Source: a virus. From it: a stretch of DNA of 64,000 bases. How positions within the stretch are numbered: the first letter of the stretch is position 1; every line of letters starts with the position of its first letter. The notes beneath the pieces were generated by a model. The model had not been told where the DNA came from, made no database searches, and saw only the letters and a program-made list of their open reading frames with translations. Location of the stretch: UHGV virus genome UHGV-0092003, one strand, 5' to 3'. This document shows, one piece after another, positions 1-9,278 of this stretch. A program made the translations under genes and the position numbers.

Positions 1-126
1 ATCATGAACCACAGTCTTGACGGCATTGATCGCGTTTATAACAAACACGACTACTTGGATCGAATGGCGGAGGCGATGGCTGCGTACTCTGAATTCTTAA
101 CAAACACATGCAGAATCAACCACTAA
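1..126 (+). CDS. 3' end of a gene entering from upstream of the window (hypothetical protein)
   Basis: Frame 1 stays open from base 1 to TAA at 124-126. The start is off-window. Confidence 0.3.
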   Translation: MMNHSLDGIDRVYNKHDYLDRMAEAMAAYSEFLTNTCRINH

Positions 127-421
127 TGCCTATCTTTTTCTTCAGAGCCTCGTTTTCATCTTTGATTTTTTTAACAAATTCATAGACTTCAGGAATCCTC
201 TCAGACAAATACATCATCATAAATTCATCTGGTGGGGCGCCGACTGCTCGTGCAAAAGGTATAACCTTGTCAACTGACAAATGGGCGCGGCCAGATTTGA
301 TGAGTGAGATGTTGTTAGCATTCTCAAATCCAATTTCTTTCGCGACCTGGGCTTGAGTTTTCCCGCTAGTCATCATTGCCGCTGTCATGAACGGGCGGTA
401 GCGGCCTTTAGGCTCTTGCAT
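116..421 (-). CDS. XRE/Cro-CI family helix-turn-helix transcriptional regulator
   Basis: 101 aa. HTH signature QAQVAKEIGFENANNISLIKSGR. Sits alone on the minus strand, divergent from the cobT-like operon across an AT-rich 580 bp intergenic region. Confidence 0.6.
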   Translation of the reverse strand: MQEPKGRYRPFMTAAMMTSGKTQAQVAKEIGFENANNISLIKSGRAHLSVDKVIPFARAVGAPPDEFMMMYLSERIPEVYEFVKKIKDENEALKKKIGISG

Positions 422-694
422 ATTCTGTTCTGCCTTGTATTGAATTATCAGTAGTAAGTAAGTAACTACATATTTATGTATTGCTCAAGACTAAACCACT
501 GCATCAAAAATGTAAACCCACGCCGCCAACTTTGAATTGCGGCAGGTTAAGAATCACAACAAAACACATATGTCAATAGGCACAAGGAGCAATATTAGTG
601 TAAAATTCTTGTAATTATTAAAAAAAAAGAGTAGTTTCTACAGGAATCATTTTAGGACATACTAATAAACAACAACCTATTTAACGGTATTAAC

Positions 695-913
695 ATGAAT
701 GCAATTTTGAACTGGATGTCATCAGCCGAGAAGCTATCCTCCACCACGGTCAATGATCAGGTAGGAGCTGATATCATTTGTGATCTAGGCGCGGAAGATA
801 AGTCATCCGAAGGCTCTGACGATGTTTTTTTTCATATTAATCATTTAAATAAGGAATTCGTTTTAATTCAGAGATTGTCAAGCTACACCCTCATTTGTAC
901 TCATATCGCCTAA
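695..913 (+). CDS. hypothetical small protein (doubtful)
   Basis: 72 aa ORF inside the AT-rich divergent promoter region. No recognisable motif and weak RBS. Confidence 0.2.
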   Translation: MNAILNWMSSAEKLSSTTVNDQVGADIICDLGAEDKSSEGSDDVFFHINHLNKEFVLIQRLSSYTLICTHIA

Positions 914-1001
914 TATCTCACCCCTTTCTTTTTGGCTTTATACTTTCATTGATTATGATTATCATATCCATAAATAGTAAGCACTTATTTATGGGTATGG
1001 T

Positions 1002-3014
1002 ATGAAAAAAACTTCGGTCAAAGACATCACTAAGTTTCGAGAAGCGATTAAAAATGTCGTTTCTATGCTTGTCGCACGCAACATCCCCGTCATAGAGCGT
1101 GGAGATAAGGCATATGTTGAATACGACAAAGCCGGCAATCCACTACGCATCTGTATACCATCAATACCCGACGACGCCAGCGACAAGTTCCTGATGGCGA
1201 TACGCGGATTCATCGATCACGAGGTCGCTCACGTCCTTTTCACAGACAGTACGAAAGCCACCAGCTTCGTCTGGAACGCTGTAGAAGACACCTTCATTGA
1301 GCGAAAAATGGGGGAGATGTTCAAAGGCTCCAGAGCAAACCTCATCAACACACAAAAGCATGTAATCGATACGGTTTTCATTCCTAAAGAAATGGAGGCC
1401 ATTGCTGAAAAGCTGGGCGATCAGACCCGTATGTTTATGGAGTTCTATCTGGTTCCCGTGCTGCGTGCCTGGAATGATCAAACACCGTTCATCGACTACA
1501 TGGAAGACCGCTGGGAACGCGTTAAAGAGCCGGTATCAATCCTGATTAAACATGGCGTCGATAAGATGATCCCCAAAATAAGCAGCACGAGCGACAGTGT
1601 GGCTGTGGCCGCGCTAATTGTCCGACTGCTGGTCGACAAGCCAATGGAAAGCAAAGAACCTGACGGTTCAGATAGCAAAGAAAAAGGAAAAGGGAAATCG
1701 TCAAGCGAACCGTCCGAAGACGATTGTGGTAGTGGCAGCGATCTGCCCTGGCATGATGAGTCTGACGAGCAAGAACACTCAGACGCACCTGGAGATGGGG
1801 AGGAAAAGGGTTCCCCGGAATCATCCGAGAGCGAAGGAAGTGAAGCTTCATCGGCCGATGCAGGAAATGGCGGTTCTGCTGAATCCGAAGAAGACAAAAA
1901 GTCAGATGGTATCGGGGACGAACCGAGCGATGCAGAAAGCGGAACAGGGGATATACCAAAACCAACGAAAGGCGATCTAGAAAAGCTGGAGTCGACCAAA
2001 CTACCAAAAGGCGCCATGGATATGTCTATGGAAGGGGCAATGAAGATGATTATTTCCAGTGAATCCGAACTGTCGACAGGCTATCGTCCGTATGAGCGCA
2101 CCTACGACTTTATGGGAAGGCTTGAGCACGCGTCGGAGTTCTTCAGAAACGTTCTCGCCACTTCGCCGAAAGGGTTCCACATGTACGGTGACGCTGATAA
2201 CTACATGGTGTTCCCGAAGCATGAGGATGTCTTCAATAAGAAGATTAAACCTTTGATTGGCGATGATATCGTCGCGACACTCGCGAAAGATCTTGAGCGA
2301 ACGATAGCCAGTCAGAACCGTAATCAGTTTGTCCCAGGCCAGCGTCGCGGCCGGCTGCATGGCCCAAGTCTGTATCGCCTGTCCGTCGATGATGACCGAG
2401 TTTTTCGCAAGCTGGAGACCAAACGCGCGGTCAACTCATGCGTGCAGATTGTTATTGATATGTCTGGCTCCATGAGAGGGCAAAAAATCAAGACAGCTTG
2501 TGCAGCAGCCTACACACTGGCGGATGCATTGGCGCGTATCAACGTGAAAACGATGATAACCGGCTTCACAACATCTTCTCTGGCGATGCCTGGGAAGTCC
2601 GAGTTTAACCGCTCTGAAGCGCTTTTCCTGCCAATTATCAAGGGGTGGGAGACGCCGATATCCAGCAAACAAACGATATGCAATCTTGGCGCTCTCGCAG
2701 GTACGATGATACTGGCTGAAAATATCGATGGGGAAAGCATACTGGCCTTGCTTCAACATTTCTCTGGCCGTCAGGAAGATCGCAAGATCATGATTGTGCT
2801 CAGCGACGGAAGCCCAGCAGCTCAAGGGCACGGTTTGTCTGGGCACCTGAAAATGGTCACAAAACAGATTGAGCAGGATACCGATATCCATCTTCTGGGG
2901 ATCGGGATTTTGACAGACTCTCCGCGTCGCTTCTACCGCGACAACATCTGTCTGAACGATGTTGGTGATTTAGCCGAAACGCTCATCAAACAAATGCAAC
3001 GCCTGCTTTCGTAG
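1002..3014 (+). CDS. cobT: CobT-like protein with C-terminal von Willebrand factor A domain and central poly-acidic region
   Basis: 670 aa. vWA MIDAS motif VIDMSGSMRG plus IMIVLSDGSP. A long Ser/Glu/Asp-rich acidic linker sits mid-protein. It is paired with a CobS-like AAA ATPase, the architecture of phage/bacterial CobT. Confidence 0.6.
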   Translation: MKKTSVKDITKFREAIKNVVSMLVARNIPVIERGDKAYVEYDKAGNPLRICIPSIPDDASDKFLMAIRGFIDHEVAHVLFTDSTKATSFVWNAVEDTFIERKMGEMFKGSRANLINTQKHVIDTVFIPKEMEAIAEKLGDQTRMFMEFYLVPVLRAWNDQTPFIDYMEDRWERVKEPVSILIKHGVDKMIPKISSTSDSVAVAALIVRLLVDKPMESKEPDGSDSKEKGKGKSSSEPSEDDCGSGSDLPWHDESDEQEHSDAPGDGEEKGSPESSESEGSEASSADAGNGGSAESEEDKKSDGIGDEPSDAESGTGDIPKPTKGDLEKLESTKLPKGAMDMSMEGAMKMIISSESELSTGYRPYERTYDFMGRLEHASEFFRNVLATSPKGFHMYGDADNYMVFPKHEDVFNKKIKPLIGDDIVATLAKDLERTIASQNRNQFVPGQRRGRLHGPSLYRLSVDDDRVFRKLETKRAVNSCVQIVIDMSGSMRGQKIKTACAAAYTLADALARINVKTMITGFTTSSLAMPGKSEFNRSEALFLPIIKGWETPISSKQTICNLGALAGTMILAENIDGESILALLQHFSGRQEDRKIMIVLSDGSPAAQGHGLSGHLKMVTKQIEQDTDIHLLGIGILTDSPRRFYRDNICLNDVGDLAETLIKQMQRLLS

Positions 3015-3111
3015 CCTTTTTTTTGGCAAAGATGATAAGTAAATACTTATTTCTTTGCCTGTTATATATAAGTATCATTAGCGCATCAGAACTACTTCAA
3101 AAGGAAAACAC

Positions 3112-4362
3112 ATGTCGGTCGAATTGCAGAACAAAACAGTCGCTGAAGAAGAGAAACCTCGCGAGAACGAAGAGCAGCCTATTTCGTGCAAATGGTGTGG
3201 CGGCGAGACCCATCATGTCGGGTCTCATTTTATTGGGAAAAAATGCTCTGGTATCCCGAAAGAACACGAAGGCAAGACGCCTAATGAATTGATGAAAATC
3301 TACGTTGCTGCATTCCCTGAAGCACCGACCATGTCTGCCGCTGCAGCCAAACGTCTGAAAGAACATCAGGCCAAAAAGAAAGAAGAACCGGCTGCAGTTC
3401 ACGTTGGGTATGCCGGCTTCGAAGACTATATGGTCGAAAAGGTCGCAGTACATGAAATACTCGGTCTCGATGCTGACTTACTGAAGACGGCATCTGGCGA
3501 GCCTCTGCGCATCACCGTAAACATCAATAAGCCATTCCCGGAGTTTGTGCCAAAAGCAAACCCTGACTATGTGTTCGGCGACATCGAGCTGCTTAAAGAC
3601 GTGCTTATGATGATCGAGATGCGTATCCCTGGATATCTGTGGGGTCACGCAGGAACCGGCAAGAGTACGCTGCCAACTCAGCTTTGCGCTCGACTAAACC
3701 GGCCGATCATCCGTGCGCAGCACACCGCGTCCACTGAAGAGTCGCACATCTGCGGCCAGATTCTTGTGCGTGGTGGTGCAACTTATTTCGAGCCAGGTCT
3801 TCTGGCAAGTGCAATGCGTAACGGGTGGGTTTATCTGGCCGATGAATATGATTTCGCATTCCCGCAAATCCTTGGCGTTTACCAGCCAGTGCTGGAAGGT
3901 GAACCACTGATCATCAAAGAAGCAACCCCGGAGTGGCGCTACGTCGAACCGCATAAACGATTCGCTTTCATCGGAACCGGCAACACCAATGGTTCCGGTG
4001 ATGAAACTGGATTGTACCAGGGTACGAATATCCAGAACGCAGCGAACTTCTCTCGTTTCGGTATCGTCTCACACGTCAAGTACATGGATAGGTCTCATGA
4101 GTCCGCGATGCTTGAGAAAATGGGTTTACCGAAAGTGTACGCGACCATGCTTATCGATTTCGCAACCAGAATCCGTAGTGGGTATGAGGCAGGAAATATC
4201 AGCCAACCCATCGGGCCGCGTGAACTTCGCAATGCAGCATTGATCGGAATGGCGCACAAAAACTTCAAGAAAGGCGTCACGAAGTCTTTCATTAACAAGC
4301 TGCCTTCCACCAGCGCGGTATCCGCAACCGAGATAGCGCAGCGCGTCTTCGGTGATGAATAA
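3112..4362 (+). CDS. cobS: CobS-like AAA+ ATPase (MoxR-type)
   Basis: 416 aa. Walker A GHAGTGKST and Walker B VYLADEYDF. N-terminal CxxC-x-H (CKWCGGETHH). Preceded by the conserved AAAGGAAAACACATG initiation region. Confidence 0.65.
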   Translation: MSVELQNKTVAEEEKPRENEEQPISCKWCGGETHHVGSHFIGKKCSGIPKEHEGKTPNELMKIYVAAFPEAPTMSAAAAKRLKEHQAKKKEEPAAVHVGYAGFEDYMVEKVAVHEILGLDADLLKTASGEPLRITVNINKPFPEFVPKANPDYVFGDIELLKDVLMMIEMRIPGYLWGHAGTGKSTLPTQLCARLNRPIIRAQHTASTEESHICGQILVRGGATYFEPGLLASAMRNGWVYLADEYDFAFPQILGVYQPVLEGEPLIIKEATPEWRYVEPHKRFAFIGTGNTNGSGDETGLYQGTNIQNAANFSRFGIVSHVKYMDRSHESAMLEKMGLPKVYATMLIDFATRIRSGYEAGNISQPIGPRELRNAALIGMAHKNFKKGVTKSFINKLPSTSAVSATEIAQRVFGDE

Positions 4363-4543
4363 AGGTTGTTTTGGTTCAGCATTGACAGCCTCAGAAAAAA
4401 GCGAGATCTGCGCCCGGTGTGGTGACAGATCTCGCTGTCATGATGAAGCCCGCAAAAATATTGAGGCTATGTTTGGAAAGTTTGTCGGATTCCCGATTGA
4501 CAGCATTAAAAATAAAAAAAGAACTACGAAGGAAAGCACATGA
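4352..4543 (+). CDS. small Cys-rich ORF (uncertain)
   Basis: 63 aa with CARCGDRSRC. It overlaps a perfect 10-bp-stem hairpin (4408-4442). May be non-coding. Confidence 0.2.
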   Translation: MMNKGCFGSALTASEKSEICARCGDRSRCHDEARKNIEAMFGKFVGFPIDSIKNKKRTTKEST

Positions 4544-6912
4544 AGGCATTAATGGTACGCACCGATTTTTCTCTTGGTGAGTCGGCGTTGAAAGCAAGCC
4601 GCGTCGTCGCGGTCGCGAAGGAGTTGGGTTACTCGGCCATTATTAGTGCCGACACAATGAATCTGGCGTCCATCATCCCATTGCAGCAGTCGGCCGGCGA
4701 CGACATGGCTGTTATTTGCGGAGTCCGTTTGGTTATTAGTGACAATCCTTTTTATGAAGCAGCTGTTAGAAAAGCCAAAGAGGAAGGCACTGAGATCCCG
4801 GTATGCAAGCTTGGGCGCCCGTACAGCTTCACCGCGCTGATAAAGAACGATGAGGGGTATAAAGATCTGTGTGAACTGATGACGTTGGGCAACCGCCGCG
4901 AGCAGTTTCACTTTTTCCCGCGCATCTCGCTGGAGCAGCTGGCCGAAACGTATTCAAAGGGCAACATCCTTCTGCTGACGTCTGATCGCGATAGCATATT
5001 TCATCGGCAGGACTTCGTTAAAATCCTGACTACATTGCTGGCGGCTGGTGGTCGTGACAACTTCTACAGCGTCGTGTATCCGATTCCTACGCCTCTCTAC
5101 GATCAGTTGAACATGAAGGCGATGAAGGTGGCTAATGCGCTTAAAATCGCCCCTGTTGCGTTCTATCCAGCTTATTACGAGAAAGAAGAGGATGCAGACC
5201 TGCGCGACATTGCGCACATGGTAATCAATAACATCAAAACGGATCAGCCATATCGTTTTCACATCCCACACCAGCGCGACAACTCAATCCAGAACCGCAA
5301 GCATTTGTTGGTTCGCTTGATGGAGTTCTCGAAACGCATGGGAGTAGAGGGAATCAGCTCTGCAATGGTTAACGAGACTCAGGACGAAATCATTGCGGCG
5401 TGCAGCTGGCGCTGGCATGAGATGCCAGTCAGTCTGCCAGTTATGGCGGAAGATGAAGGTGATACGTTGACGCGCATGGCGGCGGAAGGTTTGAAGCGTC
5501 GGTTAACAACGCTTGAATTTGGCTGGAAGCCACCAGCGGAGCAGTACCCTGTCTACATCAACCGTCTACGTTATGAGTTGAGTGTTTTGAAAAAGTTGGG
5601 GTTCTGCGGCTACTTCCTGATGGTTGAAAATCTACTGTCATGGGCGCGTAAACAGGATATCCCGGTCGGGCCAGGTCGTGGATCGTCAGCCGGTTCACTT
5701 GTTGCGTGGGCGATTGGGATCACCAACATCGACCCGCTACGCCACGGTCTCCTGTTTGAGCGTTTCATCAACCCTGAACGTCTGGACTTGCCTGACGCGG
5801 ATCTGGACTTCAGTCAGGCGCAACGACCTCGCGTACTTGAATATCTCGAAGAGCACTACGGCGAAAAATACGTGGCCGGCATTCCTAACTTCTCTTATCT
5901 GGGTATGGCGTCGGCACTCCGAGACACAGCACGTATCTACGGCGTGTCAACGGAAGATATGGCGGTATCTAAGCAGCTGAAGCCATTCGATGATGAGGGA
6001 TTAACTCTCGAAGAGACGCGCGAGCAGCTGGGCGCCCTCGACAAATACGCGAAAGCAAACCCGGAAGCATTCGACGCCGCGTGCAAACTCCAGTCACTGA
6101 TGCGCAGCTATGGCAAGCACGCCGCGGGTGTCATCGTTTCTGGCGTACCACTGACTGAGCGAACACCAGTCGAATTACGCAACGGGGTGCGCTGTATCGC
6201 GTTTGACAAGCGTTTCTGTGAATCAATGGGGCTTATCAAGCTGGACGTGTTAGGGCTGGCTACGCTCGATTTACTGGCTCTCGCTAAACGCTACATCAAA
6301 GAGAACGAGGGGATCGACGTTAACCTCGACGCAATCCCTCTCGATGATAAACGCGTCCTTGAGGGTATGGCGTTGGGTGAAACAACTGGCGTGTTCCAGT
6401 TCGAGTCTGGCGGCATGAGAAACCTGCTTAAAAACCTTGGAAGCGGCATCAAACCAATGTCGTTTGAAATGGCCGTCGCAACTACCGCGCTATATCGCCC
6501 AGGCCCAATGCAGTCCGGCATGATGGATACCTACGTCAGCGTTGCGCGTGGTTATGAGGACGCTCACTCACTTCACCCAAGCCTTGACGAATTGACCAAA
6601 GAAACCAACGGGGTTTTGGTCTATCAGGAACAAATCATGAAAGCGTCGCAGATCCTCGCCGGCTTCTCTCTGTCGGAAGCAGATATGGTAAGGAAGGCGA
6701 TTGGTAAAAAAGACATCGAGAAGATGAAAAAGATTGGCGCCGACTTTTCAGATCGTGCGCAGCTTGGTTGGTTGGAAGTCCAGACTGACGACGGCCAGAT
6801 TGTCACTGTTCATCGCGCCGCGCTTCATCCGTGCTCTGATGGCAAGAAACGCACTGTCGAGCAAGCCATGGAAGATGATGCCGACATTATTGAATTTGAC
6901 ACCTCTAAATAA
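4540..6912 (+). CDS. dnaE: DNA polymerase III alpha (DnaE-type), N-terminal portion: PHP plus palm/fingers
   Basis: 790 aa. Canonical DnaE motif GYFLMVENLLSWARKQDIPVGPGRGSSAGSLVAWAIGITNIDPL. The PHP-like N-terminus continues to AIGKKDIEKMKK, which matches E. coli DnaE AMGKKKPEEMAK. Ends in TAATAA. Confidence 0.85.
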   Translation: MKALMVRTDFSLGESALKASRVVAVAKELGYSAIISADTMNLASIIPLQQSAGDDMAVICGVRLVISDNPFYEAAVRKAKEEGTEIPVCKLGRPYSFTALIKNDEGYKDLCELMTLGNRREQFHFFPRISLEQLAETYSKGNILLLTSDRDSIFHRQDFVKILTTLLAAGGRDNFYSVVYPIPTPLYDQLNMKAMKVANALKIAPVAFYPAYYEKEEDADLRDIAHMVINNIKTDQPYRFHIPHQRDNSIQNRKHLLVRLMEFSKRMGVEGISSAMVNETQDEIIAACSWRWHEMPVSLPVMAEDEGDTLTRMAAEGLKRRLTTLEFGWKPPAEQYPVYINRLRYELSVLKKLGFCGYFLMVENLLSWARKQDIPVGPGRGSSAGSLVAWAIGITNIDPLRHGLLFERFINPERLDLPDADLDFSQAQRPRVLEYLEEHYGEKYVAGIPNFSYLGMASALRDTARIYGVSTEDMAVSKQLKPFDDEGLTLEETREQLGALDKYAKANPEAFDAACKLQSLMRSYGKHAAGVIVSGVPLTERTPVELRNGVRCIAFDKRFCESMGLIKLDVLGLATLDLLALAKRYIKENEGIDVNLDAIPLDDKRVLEGMALGETTGVFQFESGGMRNLLKNLGSGIKPMSFEMAVATTALYRPGPMQSGMMDTYVSVARGYEDAHSLHPSLDELTKETNGVLVYQEQIMKASQILAGFSLSEADMVRKAIGKKDIEKMKKIGADFSDRAQLGWLEVQTDDGQIVTVHRAALHPCSDGKKRTVEQAMEDDADIIEFDTSK

Positions 6913-6928
6913 TAAGTAAAATGTGAAA

Positions 6929-6982
6929 ACAAGTTGTTTTTTAGCTTCTGAAAACAACTTGTTTAATAACAAAGGGAAACAC
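6929..6982 (+). promoter_or_regulatory. two tandem dyad promoter elements inside the dnaE split junction
   Basis: AAAACAAGTTGTTTT and GAAAACAACTTGTTTAA, followed by AAAGGGAAACACATG. Confidence 0.5.
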
Positions 6983-8143
6983 ATGAAGATTACTAAAATC
7001 ATCTCAGAGAAGCCCGGACTCAGCGAATCAAAAGCAAAAGAGGTATGGGATGCTTTCGAGAAATTCGGGTCGTATGGCTTTAACAAATCACACGCAGTGG
7101 CCTATACCGCAATCAGCTACCAGGCAATGTATCTGAAGACTCACCATCCGGCTGCATTCTTCGCCGCCGCACTGACAATTCAGGACGATGAAAAGCATCG
7201 TGCAGTTGTAAAGGATGCGCTGGCACGCGGCGTTATCGTGATGCCACCAGACATCAACCTCTCAACTGACCGCATCGAAATAGTCGAAATGAAGGATGGT
7301 CGGACGGCGTTATATGCCCCCTTCTCAGCTGTCAAAGGTTGTTCTGAAAAAGGCAGCTTAGCCATTATGCGTGCTCGCGAGCGTGTAGGTGGTAAGTTTG
7401 AGTCGCGAGCACAATTTAAGGAAGCGATAGAAGCCAGACTCTGCAATATCCGGGTTCAGGAGGCTCTGGAAGCCGTTGGCGCGTTTGCCAGTATTGAGCC
7501 TGGCAGCGAACCAGCGATGGCGGAATCCCGCCGCAAGGCTCAATCAGAGCTGATGGGAAGCCTCATTATCGATGCGGTAAAAGTGAGTCGCCCGTTCGAG
7601 ATGAATCCGAAACGCCAGGCTGAAGTGTCAATGTTGATGGAAGAGCTGCGTAAAGAGGTCGGGGTGGGCGAAGATCTCGTTACCCCGCATATCGGCGTAT
7701 CGCCAAAAATAATGATTATCCTCGACACAGCAAACGGCAACGATATCAGGACGGGGATCTTCATGGAGAACGGCTACGAAGATTTTAAGGCGAAAATGCT
7801 CGTTAATGGCGATCTGCGCATGAGCGAGGTGTACGTTACCGGCGTCATTAAGCAGGATAAGAAGTTGCCACTGTCCCGCGACGCAGAGAACACCTACATC
7901 GAGTTTATGAAGAAAGAGCTTGAGCTGGTTAAACCAACCTACGTCCTGACGTGTGGTCGCCTGTCGGCCAGTCTCTTCAACGACAAAACCAAGGCAACGG
8001 ATTTGGTCGGACGTAAGGAATACTTTGGCGCAATGGACTTGACCGTATTTTACGGATTCAATCCGGGTATACTTCACTTCAGACCGGAAGAAGGCGAGAA
8101 ACTGGAACTTATTATGGAAGACATTAAGGAGGCATTGTCATGA
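6983..8143 (+). CDS. dnaE: DNA polymerase III alpha (DnaE-type), C-terminal portion
   Basis: Starts at ATG 6983 with its own AAAGGGAAACACATG RBS; the track ORF begins 60 nt earlier. YGFNKSHAVAYTAISYQAMYLKTHHPAAFFAAAL matches DnaE [33 protein letters not shown]. It continues the colinear alignment interrupted at 6912. Confidence 0.8.
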   Translation: MKITKIISEKPGLSESKAKEVWDAFEKFGSYGFNKSHAVAYTAISYQAMYLKTHHPAAFFAAALTIQDDEKHRAVVKDALARGVIVMPPDINLSTDRIEIVEMKDGRTALYAPFSAVKGCSEKGSLAIMRARERVGGKFESRAQFKEAIEARLCNIRVQEALEAVGAFASIEPGSEPAMAESRRKAQSELMGSLIIDAVKVSRPFEMNPKRQAEVSMLMEELRKEVGVGEDLVTPHIGVSPKIMIILDTANGNDIRTGIFMENGYEDFKAKMLVNGDLRMSEVYVTGVIKQDKKLPLSRDAENTYIEFMKKELELVKPTYVLTCGRLSASLFNDKTKATDLVGRKEYFGAMDLTVFYGFNPGILHFRPEEGEKLELIMEDIKEALS

Positions 8144-8562
8144 GCGAGGTTACGGTGTCACAGGAGTTTATCGATAAGGCCATTATCGCCCTAAATAAGT
8201 CAGCATTCTGGGAGTTCGCAGACTGTCCCGTCACCATTCGTCTCGCTATGCGGCAGGCGGAGCTTGATGGGCGCCGGGCGAATAGCGCAGCACGTAGCGC
8301 AGCAAAGATGATTCTGAAGCGCGTGCGCGACCCGATGGTTCGAGATTATGTCGCCGTGATAGCTAAATCAAGCAATGTCGAAAAACATCTTGCTGAGTTT
8401 GAGGCTTATCGAGACCGACTGATATCAAAGGTTGCGGAGGAATTTGTCGAGGTAGATAAAGCGGCCAGCGTCAAAGACTACCGTCTCCAGCGTGCTCAGC
8501 GCATAGCTATTACTGGACGCGGAGTCGGAAAAAGAACGCTGGCAGAAATGTACGCAGCCTAA
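8140..8562 (+). CDS. hypothetical protein
   Basis: 140 aa. ATGA overlap with the upstream gene. No recognisable motif. Confidence 0.5.
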   Translation: MSEVTVSQEFIDKAIIALNKSAFWEFADCPVTIRLAMRQAELDGRRANSAARSAAKMILKRVRDPMVRDYVAVIAKSSNVEKHLAEFEAYRDRLISKVAEEFVEVDKAASVKDYRLQRAQRIAITGRGVGKRTLAEMYAA

Positions 8563-8607
8563 TTGTTCGTGTTAATATTCAAGCTCAAAGATAAGTAAGG
8601 ATTTACT

Positions 8608-8772
8608 ATGGATTTAACCATTCCAATGTTCGTTTTGGCCTACTTAATCGCTGGCATCGGTTTCGCGAAAATCTGGTCTGAAGCGGCGAGTTGCTGTGAT
8701 GTTGAGCTGAAGATAATCGGCTGCATCTTCTGGCCGATTGGGCTGTTTATTAGTGCTTTCTGGAGCTGGTAA
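8608..8772 (+). CDS. small hydrophobic membrane protein (54 aa, below the ORF-track cutoff)
   Basis: MDLTIPMFVLAYLIAGIGFAKIWSEAASCCDVELKIIGCIFWPIGLFISAFWSW. SD AAGGA sits inside the ATAAGTAAGGATTTACT palindrome. TAATG overlap with the next gene. Confidence 0.35.
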   Translation: MDLTIPMFVLAYLIAGIGFAKIWSEAASCCDVELKIIGCIFWPIGLFISAFWSW

Positions 8773-9212
8773 TGGACAAGGCGATCATCAAAGAAGTGAT
8801 GGATGACATCAGGCTTGATACGCATGATTTGGACGCGGTCTGGCGTCGTCAGCCGGAGCTTGTCGCCATTTATGGTTTTAAACAGGTTGAGGCTGAAAGC
8901 GCTGCGAATGCTGCGAAGCGGGATTTGGAATCTATCGAGGCGCGACTCTATTCGACGACGCGTGCCGGTCTGAGTTTCGACGGTGTGAAGATCAGCGAAT
9001 CGACCATTGAAGCCAAAATAAAGTCGGCTCCGGCGTATCTTTCGGCTCGCCAAAAGTACGATGACGCGAAGTACCTCGCTGAGTTTTACAAGCAGGTTGT
9101 TAACGCGCTCGGACACCGTCGAGACATGATCGTTCAGGCGTCTAAAAAGGCAATTTCCGAATACGAAAGAACAGGTGTTGAACGATTCAACGCCCCTAAA
9201 AATGTATCTTGA
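8772..9212 (+). CDS. hypothetical protein
   Basis: 146 aa. Same strand and translationally coupled with the neighbouring small ORF. The antisense ORF 8640-9116 was rejected. Confidence 0.5.
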   Translation: MDKAIIKEVMDDIRLDTHDLDAVWRRQPELVAIYGFKQVEAESAANAAKRDLESIEARLYSTTRAGLSFDGVKISESTIEAKIKSAPAYLSARQKYDDAKYLAEFYKQVVNALGHRRDMIVQASKKAISEYERTGVERFNAPKNVS

Positions 9213-9278
9213 TAATAAGTGATCGCTTATCTATCATAACCAAGTGCAATAAAAGCCATTAACAATAAAGGAAAACAC

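Noticed and set aside
1161-2891. Multiple antisense and alternative-frame ORFs (1161-1481, 1496-2017, 1546-2007, 1618-1980, 2001-2360, 2436-2891).
   Set aside because: They lie inside the cobT-like gene. The Ser/Glu-rich acidic linker produces long open frames on all strands through compositional bias.
4549-8077. Antisense ORFs within dnaE (e.g. 4549-4911, 4954-5271, 7628-8077).
   Set aside because: The coding sense of the strongly conserved DnaE motifs is unambiguous.
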